A stretch of DNA of 27,144 nt from Macrostomum lignano (taxonomy: Eukaryota): contig NIVC01002175.1 in assembly GCA_002269645.1 (NCBI GenBank), positions 1-27,144 of the forward strand, in the 5' to 3' direction. Numbering within the stretch: position 1 is the stretch's first letter; every line of letters begins with the position of its first letter. A program made the position numbers and the translations under genes. Under the pieces are notes generated by a model, which was not told the origin of the DNA, searched no databases, and worked only from the letters and a program-made list of their open reading frames with translations. Below, in pieces: positions 1-8,124 of this stretch.

Positions 1-297
1 GAATTCGAGTGCAAAGATCAAGAAACTGCAAAGGCGTGAAGCAAGTCAGTAGTAAGCAGCAAATTTCGCATGCGAACTATGTCGACGCGTTTCGAGTCCA
101 AGCAAGAGCAGATGGTTGCCATGACAGCGATTGTTTCCAAGAAACACGAAATCTTCACGTCGGTCATGGAGAAAAGAAGCCTATCGGTGTGGGAGGATAA
201 GCGAGTGTGGCTTAGCAGTAATCGAAGCCTGCCCTACGGACACTATGCGCTGACGCCCGCATCCCACGATCAGCTGAAGCGCATCCGACTGGTCTAG
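1..297 (+). CDS. Protein-primed family B DNA polymerase (pPolB), C-terminal fragment, frameshifted near 87-89
   Basis: ORF 9..200 gives KGVKQVSSKQQISHANYVDAF. ORF 70..297 gives SKKHEIFTSVMEKRSLSVWEDKRVWLSSNRSLPYGHY. Joined, they match the Polinton pPolB C-terminal pattern KGV..., S..H.i.t, K.sLs..dDKR, PYGHY. Confidence 0.85.
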
Positions 298-871
298 TGC
301 GGGTGTTTAACAGACTGTTTAGTACTTTTTCTTGCTTTTAGAGTTGTTTAAATTGCCAAATTCTGTTTTAAATGTAGTGACTTGCATGTAGTAACTTTTA
401 CAAATTTGTATGCTTGGCTAATTGCGCTAGATTTAGCTGTCAATTTGTTTTTGCGGCGTGAAATATTGATATCAATTTAAGTTTTACTTTTTATAAAGCT
501 GTGGCAAGTGCGCTCATACAATATTAATTCATTTTTGTTTGCTTTGTGTACTACTTGTTTAAAATGTGTTTTTGGTTTTTATCTGACATAAATTGTTCCT
601 GTAAATTCAATCAGCGTTTTAATCATATTTTCTCTATCACTTTTCTATTTCTCTTCTCTCGGTGCACATCGTTTGTTATAACGATGGTAGTATTGTTTAC
701 TTTCGGATTTGATATGCGTTTTGCGATACTTTTGGTGATGGGCTAAATACGTTTTTGAAGTGTTCCATAGCTGTCTGCCTGGGAAAATGAATGTAAAGAA
801 TACTAAGTTTATCCTTTTATTCACTTTTCACTAATCATTGAAATATTTGCGGCAAATTGCTTGACTTGACT

Positions 872-883
872 TTTATTTTTATT
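872..883 (-). promoter_or_regulatory. Tandem AATAAA polyadenylation signals overlapping the TBP-like stop codon
   Basis: Minus strand reads GAA TAA AAATAAA; AATAAA at 878-883 and 872-877. Confidence 0.55.
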
Positions 884-1449
884 CAATGGAAAGAACTACA
901 TTGAGTAGACGCATGCTATCGGTATGCAACTGATTCAAGGACCGAGCTCCACTGAGAACAAAAGAGCCGCTGTGAAAAAGCAGACATTTACAAAAGTTTA
1001 AATTGAAAATTAAAGCAGAAAAGGATTCTGGTTCATATTCGGCGTTTGGGATAATTGATTTTAACATTAATAAGGAAAGTGCGGAATGAACTGGGAGCTG
1101 TCCATGAGCAGTAATAGTTTTAATTCGAACACAAATTGTTTGATGAGGCAGCAGTTGAGCCGGCACTCTCCGATGCAGCATAGCCACGAAGCGACGGGCA
1201 GCCCTTTTGGCGTCTGCGTGGGTCTTGGCACCGCAGATGCTCAGTTGCCCAGTAGGGTAGAGTAGCAGAGTCACTCTGGGATCGCATCCGCTTGATGAGC
1301 ACCCGGGGCCAGACGGGCCGGTAGATCACATGAGCCATGCTGAGAGCCAGTTCCCGTAGAGGCAGCTGAGCGCCCCTGCCACCATCCAGTCTCAGATCTA
1401 CTCCGCCAACCAGATTGGTCACTCTTAGGGCTGTAGCTGGTGGGCTCAT
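879..1449 (-). CDS. TATA-binding protein (TBP)-like protein, about 190 aa after repairing one frameshift at 1278-1280
   Basis: ATG at 1449: MSPPATALRVTNLVGGVDL...ELALSMAHVIYRPVWPRVLIKRMRS, joined to VTLLLYPTGQLSICGAKTHADAKRAARRF...EYEPESFSALIF...CLLFHSGSFVLSGARS. Both TBP direct repeats are recognisable against LQNIV..., ALIF.SGK.V.TGAK, YEPELFPGLI and LLIF.SGK.VLTGAK. Confidence 0.88.
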
Positions 1450-1967
1450 TTCGATCGTCAACTTCTTCACCAAATCTGCTTCTGCCAACTTTACTGCTCG
1501 TGTGCCACGGACACTGCTCGCTTCTTAAGTTGATGCAGAACTTTGGCTTAAGCCAACTGTAGTGCAGCAACGAATTTCTCACTGCACAGCCAGTATCTGA
1601 ATCTTCAGTCGAGGGTGCTCCCAAATCTTCTAGGTTATAAACCTGTCTTCCAAGCAGCTCAGTCAGAAAAATCGACTTCCTTTCCCCATTTGACCAGATC
1701 GGACCACTGGCAATGCTCAGAATGTCTTCCGCCAGTTCCATGTACGGACGGGTTCCATCATTCCACTTAAACTGGTGCAGACTCTTAGATAGCTGTCTGT
1801 AGTAAACTCGCATGTCAGGTGAGACTCTCTCCCATGGATACGGAGGTGCGTACACATGGTGAGCAATGCGGTAGCTCCCGCTCTGATTTGAACAACTGCC
1901 AACTCCTTCACAACAAATTTTTTGCTTGTGCTGTTGCACGGAATCCTTGGAAGTCAATGTAGTTCAT
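1271..1967 (-). CDS. Polinton-associated DnaQ/DEDD-like fold protein; two frameshifts (1918-1923, 1877-1879); true 3' end uncertain
   Basis: Reconstructed MNYIDFQGF...KFVVKELAVV...HHVYAPPYPW...LHQFKWNDG...NGERKSIFLTELLGRQVYNLEDLGAP...CAVRNSLLHYSW resembles a family recurrent in animal Polintons. The fold call is inference. Confidence 0.55.
1522..1530 (-). promoter_or_regulatory. ACTTAAGAA motif upstream of TBP-like gene (putative late promoter)
   Basis: Exact 9-mer; the first downstream ATG on minus is 1449. Confidence 0.5.
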
Positions 1968-2008
1968 GATGCAGCTTTCCTTCGAAAATTTCGGAGTCAG
2001 TCCACCTT

Positions 2009-2017
2009 CTTATATAC
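2009..2017 (-). promoter_or_regulatory. TATA box GTATATAAG upstream of DnaQ-like gene
   Basis: About 42 nt upstream of ATG 1967; the identical 9-mer occurs at 9003-9011. Confidence 0.55.
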
Positions 2018-2067
2018 TTTTCTGGCAGGCAGTTTCAGCCAGGCTGTGTTGCTCCCGTACCCCTTGA

Positions 2068-2687
2068 CTAGACTCTCCTGTTCTTTCTCCAGTTCACCCC
2101 TCTGCTGGTTGCCATTTTCTTCTTAACTGATTTACCAATAGCGGAAAGCGGAACATTAAGCTTTTTCTGCTGCAGAAAATCGATGAACTCGTTCCACCCA
2201 ACTGGTTCACGCTCACATGGCGAATCCCTCACTGCGTGCTGAATCAAGTCCAGTATGTTTGAGGAAGGGATTGACGTGCCTGCGATTTCCACCTCCCCGT
2301 TTTCACAAACTCGAATCAGCTCTGGATTGGTGGACAGGATCGTCCACAGACTGCGAGCCCTGGTTTTGAATTTCTGTGGCACCGACTTGCTGATCTTCTC
2401 TTCCCAGGTGTTCATCTGGGGTGTCTCTGTTTTCATCAACTTGGCTTCAGTATTCGTGATCCTTCTTTTCCAGCGTGCTTGCGCTTGGCCAGCAAACTTT
2501 GCATTGCACTTTGGTACATGGCGGTTTTCACATCTTCTGGACAATCCTCGGCATACAAGATGTCATCGCATTTCTTCTGAGCCTGCTTCAAGTCAGCTTC
2601 AGTGGTAGTCTCATTTGGCTTCAAATTCTGCATCAACATCTCATACTCTGCTTTAGGAATCAGAACCATTTCTGAAAATTTGTTCAT
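2068..2687 (-). CDS. Conserved Polinton hypothetical protein, frameshift near 2466-2469
   Basis: N-part MNKFSEMVLIPKAEYEML...CDDILYAEDCPEDVKTAMYQ and C-part SVPQKFKTRARSL...GEVEIAGTSIPSSNILDLI...PVGWNEFIDFL...NVPLSAIG. The pattern is typical of a Polinton gene found downstream of the ATPase. Confidence 0.7.
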
Positions 2688-2991
2688 TTTGCTTCTTCTT
2701 CTTTACCAGCTTAAGCAGAATCGGGAGTATTTTGATGAAGCCAGCCTTCAACAAGTCTGTCTTTCTTCTTTTGTGAGTAATTTTTCGAATTATCTCTTTT
2801 GACTTTGCAAGAACAGCTTTTTCATCGAGCGAAAACGATAGATTGTTTTGTAAGAGATTATGGCAGGCCTCGACAAGAAAATAACGCACTTCTTTTGGAC
2901 AATTTTTTATCAACAGCCGCTTGAAGCGCACGGTATATTTAGGTGACGCAAGAACCGCAAAAAAACTTGCATGTGAATCAAGCACTTCCAT
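2653..2991 (-). CDS. Small conserved basic Polinton protein downstream of the ATPase
   Basis: ATG 2991: MEVLDSHASFFAVLA...LVEACHNLLQNNLSFS...LAKSKEIIRKI...GFIKILPILL. Matches the EcxNxL...L.k.k..lR.l pattern and sits at the syntenic position. Confidence 0.68.
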   Translation of the reverse strand: MEVLDSHASFFAVLASPKYTVRFKRLLIKNCPKEVRYFLVEACHNLLQNNLSFSLDEKAVLAKSKEIIRKITHKRRKTDLLKAGFIKILPILLKLVKKKKQNEQIFRNGSDS

Positions 2992-3712
2992 AGCGATGAA
3001 AACAATAGCTGATAAAAACAAGCTTCACTTTCACTTTCAAATACAAGATGGGGTCGCTGGTTGGGCAAAATTCTGGCCCGCACTCGCAGCTCATCGGGAG
3101 TTGATGGGTGAAAATCCAGGAACAGGTAAGCTCCCCTGCCCTGCGCGGTCACGTGCTTGAACACTGACAGCAGAAAGCCGGGCTTCTCTGTAAAGCACTG
3201 CCTGCCCAGTGCTGCAATCTGCAGCTGGTCTCTGGGGTTTTTCAAGATAGCTAAATACATTACATTCAAGCTCATTGTTCGCGACTCTTTTCCCTTGAAA
3301 AATATATTCTGAGTCAGCATCACCAAAAGCACGGCAAGTGATGTGCGATTCCTGTGAAAAAATTTCGCATTGAAGCAGAGTTTGAAGTTTCCTCTATTAA
3401 GTCATCGAAAACAACCAGGTCATTGGGCCTAAGTGCTGCCTCGATGTTGGTGGGAAATCCCTGGCGCAGCTGCACACCTAGGCTGCTCAGTTCTGCATGG
3501 CCTGCCTGTGAGATCCCATAGTACCACAGAACTCTGCCAGGCTTCACATCAAACATGACGTCTCTGTACTGGATCAGGTGTTTGACAAAGGTTGTTTTTC
3601 CTGCATTGGTGGGCCCGCAGAAAATCATGCAGCTTCCCTGCCTGAGGCGGATATCGTAGCAAACTTGCTTTTCTCCCATGTTTAATGCATAAATATTAGA
3701 AATCACGGACAT
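2910..3712 (-). CDS. FtsK/HerA-superfamily genome packaging ATPase, frameshift at 3325-3328
   Basis: Walker A GPTNAGKT, Walker B LVVFDD, then LTQNIFFKGKESRTMSLN and KNPRDQLQI...LGRQ, and YLFLDFHPSTPDELRVR. Confidence 0.93.
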
Positions 3713-3716
3713 CTTT

Positions 3717-3725
3717 TTCTTAAGT
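3717..3725 (-). promoter_or_regulatory. ACTTAAGAA motif upstream of ATPase
   Basis: Minus strand reads ACTTAAGAAAAAGATG; ATG at 3712, second Met at 3679. Confidence 0.5.
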
Positions 3726-3755
3726 TGGCTTCAAACCTCTGTAAGATTCTATCAT

Positions 3756-4214
3756 TCAAATGATTTTTTCATTAGCATGCAAATGCTTCAAAATCCCCTC
3801 AAATGACCGATTGAACAGAAACTTTTGATAAGCAAAATAGATGCAAAACACTCCGCATTTATTAGAGTTAGCACATTGAACTCTGTTTATATTGCTTCGG
3901 AGCCAAAAGCCAGTTGTTTTAATCTCTCGAAACAAATTATAAACCAAAGATAAAATTTCAGGTTCCCAGCCGAGGGAGTTGAACAACTCAATGCGATTTC
4001 CTTGCCCAACATAGCACACCACCCAGTGACCAAATGAGCCATTGTGCTGAAGTAGGACAAAAACAAACTTGTTTTCAAAGGAAATTGATGATCTAAATTT
4101 TCTTTTTACATTCAAGGGCAGAGAATTTTTATAGCGCAAATGTAAAGTAACTATGAGAAATTTTTGGTAAGGCAAAAATTTTCTGGCGAGATTAAGTAGT
4201 TGAATTGCATCCAT
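3756..4214 (-). CDS. Adenain-like cysteine protease (capsid maturation)
   Basis: GHW (His), ELFNSLG, and Q..NSNKCGVFC (oxyanion Gln and catalytic Cys); immediately downstream of the major capsid gene. Confidence 0.9.
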   Translation of the reverse strand: MDAIQLLNLARKFLPYQKFLIVTLHLRYKNSLPLNVKRKFRSSISFENKFVFVLLQHNGSFGHWVVCYVGQGNRIELFNSLGWEPEILSLVYNLFREIKTTGFWLRSNINRVQCANSNKCGVFCIYFAYQKFLFNRSFEGILKHLHANEKII

Positions 4215-4219
4215 GTCAA

Positions 4220-5503
4220 TTAAGATGAATAGTCCAGCAAAAGCTCTCGGTGCTTGGTGACCTCAATCAGCGAGTCATACAGGCACATAGCAATCAGGGA
4301 CACCGCTTCATTCAGAGCCTGTTGGAAGCGAATCTCCAGCCGCAGGTTGCCCTCCTTCTGTCCGTACCACAGAGCCGCTCCCTCGGGTGTGAGATCGAAT
4401 GCAAACACCGTGCTGTTGTTGGAGAAGAGCTGGTAGGGGATCCACGGAACCGAGTTTGTGTGGCTTGCAGATTGACAGCTTTTCAGGTAGTGCAAGTATT
4501 CTCTTACAAAGGAATTGTTTTCAGGTGTGAAGGCGCCGTGGCACACGGTTTCCCCACCTTTCTTTAGAGCCAATCGGCTAAGGTTGAAGCTCTGGAACTG
4601 GAACGGGCTCGCGTGATGATGACCGTTGAATGCTCGGTGGCTCACGAAGGCCAGCATGATAAACTTCGGCAATTTTCCATGAGTGAATCCTTCAATGTTT
4701 TTTGACTGAATACCCTGGGGTAGGATGAAGTTCTGCATTTCAGTTCGCTCGATGGGATACAGTGCATTTTGGTTTGTCAACCCCTGCTCGTGGGCCAGGC
4801 TGATGTGGGGCATCACTTTGACTCGGCGAAGATGCAGAATGCTGTGAGAGATTTCCATTCGGTATGCCGCGTTGTTTGCATTCGGGGTTCTGATGGCAAA
4901 GGCCCCATCGCTGGGGACCAGTTTGATGTGCAGGTGCAGATTGCTTAGCAGAAACACTGGGCACTGGAAAACATCGCTGAAGAGCGGCCCCGCATACTCC
5001 ATCCATTGGGATTCCCTGTGGCTCTCCGTGTGCTCTTCAGCTGCCGAGTTCGGCTCCAGGAAGCCAGCAGGGTAAAGTTTTAGTTGCTGGGCATCGGATG
5101 AGCTCATTAGTGCTTTGAAGTACGCATGGTAGGGATAGAGCTGGTCTCCACCAGACACCACTCGCTGGTTAATGCTCACAATTACATCTGAGAAGGCTGT
5201 AGACAGAACAAAATTTTCTGGGTGCACGTCACTGTCTCTGCGCTCGGTGATGATGCCATCTCCATCTCGAACATCCTCCCTCAGCAAACCCCCATCCAGT
5301 CTCACAAGGCGGCAGCGAATATAAAGAAAAGAATTCAGCAGATCTGTGTATTCATCGGCAGATTGGTGGCAGTCAAATTCAATGGGAGAGTTTGCAACAA
5401 TGGAATTAACTGGGTGAATATCAACATAAGTAGCTTTTTCAATGCAGGTTTGTAGAACGGGCGTCTTAAATAAATCAAGTCTGGGATTGAATCCGTAAGC
5501 CAT
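4220..5503 (-). CDS. Major capsid protein (double jelly-roll, Polinton PY/hexon-like), intact 427 aa
   Basis: N-terminal LDLFKTPVLQT...PIEFD...YTDLLNSFLYIRCRL..DG and C-terminal GNLRLEIRFQQAL...IEVTKHR; size and gene context fit. Confidence 0.92.
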   Translation of the reverse strand: MAYGFNPRLDLFKTPVLQTCIEKATYVDIHPVNSIVANSPIEFDCHQSADEYTDLLNSFLYIRCRLVRLDGGLLREDVRDGDGIITERRDSDVHPENFVLSTAFSDVIVSINQRVVSGGDQLYPYHAYFKALMSSSDAQQLKLYPAGFLEPNSAAEEHTESHRESQWMEYAGPLFSDVFQCPVFLLSNLHLHIKLVPSDGAFAIRTPNANNAAYRMEISHSILHLRRVKVMPHISLAHEQGLTNQNALYPIERTEMQNFILPQGIQSKNIEGFTHGKLPKFIMLAFVSHRAFNGHHHASPFQFQSFNLSRLALKKGGETVCHGAFTPENNSFVREYLHYLKSCQSASHTNSVPWIPYQLFSNNSTVFAFDLTPEGAALWYGQKEGNLRLEIRFQQALNEAVSLIAMCLYDSLIEVTKHRELLLDYSS

Positions 5504-5505
5504 GT

Positions 5506-5883
5506 CTATGACAGAGAGTCGAGCACGCGTTTCACAGTTTTCTTGCTGACTTTTCGCTTTCGCTTTCCTCCGCCTGCTCTATTCTTCTTTGCTTTCGTCT
5601 TCCTATTCTTAAGCTTTTTCCCACTAGCCTTGCTCGACCTCTTACTGCGATTTCCACCAGTTGCCTTTCGGGTGCCCTTCTTTTTCTTCAATCGTTTCGG
5701 ACTTGCTTCAGTATTTCTTTTGCGCCTGACGTTGCTAAGCGTCGAGGCTGATGATGATGATATAGCCGCTGGCGGAGGCTGGTATGTCATGATCCCTGGG
5801 AAGCTCCCACAGCCATAGAGTGCAGGCTTTTCGTGTCCTGTCCTCACCCCCGAATATTGCTGGATTAGCTGCTGGTAGTTCAT
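5506..5883 (-). CDS. Small Lys/Arg-rich protein, putative genome-condensing core protein (125 aa)
   Basis: ATG 5883 overlaps the minor capsid stop (ATGA). The C-terminal half is KRLKKKKGTRK...KKLKNRKTKAKK...KRKRKVSKK. Lies between the two capsid genes. Confidence 0.68.
   Translation of the reverse strand: MNYQQLIQQYSGVRTGHEKPALYGCGSFPGIMTYQPPPAAISSSSASTLSNVRRKRNTEASPKRLKKKKGTRKATGGNRSKRSSKASGKKLKNRKTKAKKNRAGGGKRKRKVSKKTVKRVLDSLS
5606..5614 (-). promoter_or_regulatory. GCTTAAGAA motif upstream of major capsid gene
   Basis: One mismatch to ACTTAAGAA; the first downstream ATG on minus is 5503. Confidence 0.42.
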
Positions 5884-6689
5884 TGAATGCGTTTCTCCTG
5901 AATTTGAACTGTAAGCAGAACAGGGCTGTGAGTCTGTGCAATCAGTGGGCAACCATAGATGTCACGGAGCTGAACTCGAATGCTGTGAAGAAGACTGATT
6001 CGTTGAATCGGGAAGAATATTGTTTTCTTAAATATTTTTGTTTGATAGTTGCCCCATTCAATGCCGGCTTTCATTCCAACTGTTCTCAACAAGGAGCTCC
6101 AGTTGCAATTAGTTGACTCAACGATACTGCAGTGCACATTGATTAAGCTGGTGCGCGGGCAGCCAATGCAATGCTCGGACACGCGGCTCCCTGGCTGGAT
6201 TTTCACAGCCTGGTTTCCAAATCCCAGCCAATGCAGAATTTTACTAGATGGAAGAAACAGCTCTGCTCTCGCAGTGTTGTTGTGCACCACAGTTCGTGAG
6301 TTGTGGATTTCGAACTTCATACCGAATTCCCTGTTGCCACTACGCCCCATCAGGCCGGACTCATCAGCCTCCATCTCAGACTCCCTGTCACTCATTGCAT
6401 CAAAGAACAGCGAATCAGAGTTGGCCAGCAGCTCATTCAGGCGCTCCACCAGCTCCTCCACTCTAGCAAAGCGTCCGGGTTGAAGAACCAGGGCCTCATG
6501 CTCTCTTCCATCTGAGACAGTGAAGCAGTAAGGCTCGTCAACATTGAACCATGCAGCAGGCAGATGGATTTCAGCCAGACCTGCCTCATAGTCCACATTT
6601 CGATCCAAGTAAATAGGTGAAGGCAGGTAAAAATTAAAGTCACTAGGAGTACCTTCAGCATGCTCACTGTTAATCAAAATAGTTCGCAT
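5880..6689 (-). CDS. Minor capsid protein (penton-like, Polinton PX)
   Basis: ATG 6689: MRTILINSEHAEGTPSDFNFYLPSPIYL...YEAGLAEIHLPAAWFN and C-terminal SIRVQLRDIYG. This is the typical Polinton penton pattern F...LP..i.L...evgL.EI..P..w.N. Confidence 0.85.
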   Translation of the reverse strand: MRTILINSEHAEGTPSDFNFYLPSPIYLDRNVDYEAGLAEIHLPAAWFNVDEPYCFTVSDGREHEALVLQPGRFARVEELVERLNELLANSDSLFFDAMSDRESEMEADESGLMGRSGNREFGMKFEIHNSRTVVHNNTARAELFLPSSKILHWLGFGNQAVKIQPGSRVSEHCIGCPRTSLINVHCSIVESTNCNWSSLLRTVGMKAGIEWGNYQTKIFKKTIFFPIQRISLLHSIRVQLRDIYGCPLIAQTHSPVLLTVQIQEKRIQ

Positions 6690-6726
6690 TATAATGATAA
6701 ACTTCAAGATGAGGGATGTGCCAAAG

Positions 6727-7797
6727 CTAAACCTTTCTTAAGTCTTTTTCATCCACCCAGCCAGTCGAGTCGTAGCCCGCTCATTTCACCAGATAGCGAA
6801 TTTTTCCCTTCCGCTTCTCCGTTTTCAGGATCTTCTCAATCACATACAGCCGCTGTGAGTCCGGGACAGCCTGCAGCTCGTGCTCATGGAAGAGTCCTCG
6901 AATCTCTTGCCCCCGCATGTCTTTAATCTTGTACATGTAGGGATAATGTTTTGGGGCTCTGCTCACCACGGTGTACACTTCCTCACTCCAGCTCGCTTTG
7001 TATCCCTTTTTGAATAGCCGTGGAGCATTGGAAATTCTCACTGACTGGTTTTCAGCGAATTTAGGCTTCCTTAATTTTTCTAGAGTCTCGACTGCTTTTC
7101 CGTCGTACAGGTTCATCCACACTTCAGATTCATTATCTTTGCAGACACTAGTGGGTGCCATTTTGATGCTTCTGTGGTAGGTATTGTTGTAGGATTTTAC
7201 CAGCTTAGGCAGCACATCAAGCCAGTGCAGTGTGCTCTTGTAGGTGAAGTAGCGCCACATTCTACTTTTCAGAGTCCGATTCCATCGCTCAATGACAGCC
7301 GCCTTCTGCTCGCTGTTAGTTGGGAAAGCCAGAATCCCTCTGTCAATGCAGTATTGACGGAAAGTGGAGTTGATAAATTCCTTCCCCTGATCTGTGCGAA
7401 CTGTGCGCGGCTGTCGCTTTGAACTTCTCAGTATGCTCTCGAATGCTGACTTCACTTCTGCAGCAGATTTATTTTTCAGTGCCTTGGCCCAAGCACATTT
7501 TGAGAGCACGTCAATGCATGTGAGAATATATTTGTAGCCTTTATTATGCTTTGCAAATGGAATCATTTCCACTAAGTCAAGTTCCCACTGATCATCGATT
7601 GCGCGCACTATGATTGGGGCCCTTGGATATCGCCTCCTAGCTGGCTTGTGCAGAGTGTGCACTGGCTGCTCGCTGAGCCACTGCTCAATGCTCTTTGCAG
7701 ATATTCGATCACCTCTTTGCCTCACTTCATGCAGCAACTTTGAGGCACAAGAAAAACTAGCCGGTTGCTCAGGTTTCAAATAAATTTTCTCCATCAT
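6727..7797 (-). CDS. Retroviral-type (c-INT) DDE integrase with C-terminal chromodomain interrupted by an in-frame TGA at 6781-6783
   Basis: WELDLVEM (D), RTDQGKEF (D), AAVIERWNRTLK (E). Chromodomain YVIEKIL...YLVK*AGYDSTGWVDEKDL continues in frame to TAG at 6727-6729. Confidence 0.96.
6735..6743 (-). promoter_or_regulatory. ACTTAAGAA motif upstream of minor capsid gene
   Basis: Exact 9-mer; the first downstream ATG on minus is 6689. Confidence 0.5.
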
Positions 7798-7849
7798 GGG
7801 TTTATCAAGATACGTGCCTATCCACCTGCTCTAGCTGTACAGTATTTTT

Positions 7850-7858
7850 TTCTTAAGT
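7850..7858 (-). promoter_or_regulatory. ACTTAAGAA motif upstream of integrase
   Basis: Exact 9-mer in intergenic DNA; the first downstream ATG on minus is 7797. Confidence 0.55.
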
Positions 7859-7906
7859 AGAAATTTATATTCCAATTAAATGATAGAGAAACGAGTGGCA
7901 AATTAA

Positions 7907-7912
7907 TTTATT
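7907..7912 (-). promoter_or_regulatory. AATAAA polyadenylation signal for the PC4-like gene
   Basis: About 210 nt past the stop at 8125, in an AT-rich spacer and just before the integrase motif. Confidence 0.35.
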
Positions 7913-8124
7913 ACTGTCAGATTGAAACCTCTAACATCGTAACAGTCGGTGTATTTTCCGAAAGCAAACAATCCATAAAAACGAACACTAAAACACTCGC
8001 ACACCAGCATTTCAGAAATAGCAGAGATAAAAAACAGCATAGTGCCGTCAGATATAGGCTGGATAATCATGTGCAAGCTAAAAGTAATTTAGTTAGTCCA
8101 ATGCATTCAAAGCATTCTAGCTGT

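Noticed and set aside
546-746. Hydrophobic 66-aa ORF between pPolB and TBP
   Set aside because: GTG start in T-rich intergenic DNA; the hydrophobicity follows from base composition. It cannot be fully excluded as a small membrane protein.
1547-1552. Extra CTTAAG next to the TBP-proximal motif, and TTCTTAAG near 10108 in TRP1
   Set aside because: They arise from Leu-Lys codons and lack the full context or position. Noted as background showing that the core hexamer alone is not specific.
6781-6783. Alternative genetic code (TGA=Trp) for the element
   Set aside because: Other Trp positions use TGG, and TGA acts as a true stop for the penton (ATGA overlap at 5880-5883).
5543-6926. Plus-strand ORFs such as 5543..5818, 6049..6483 and 6660..6926
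   Set aside because: Antisense to recognisable capsid, core and integrase genes, with no motifs of their own.
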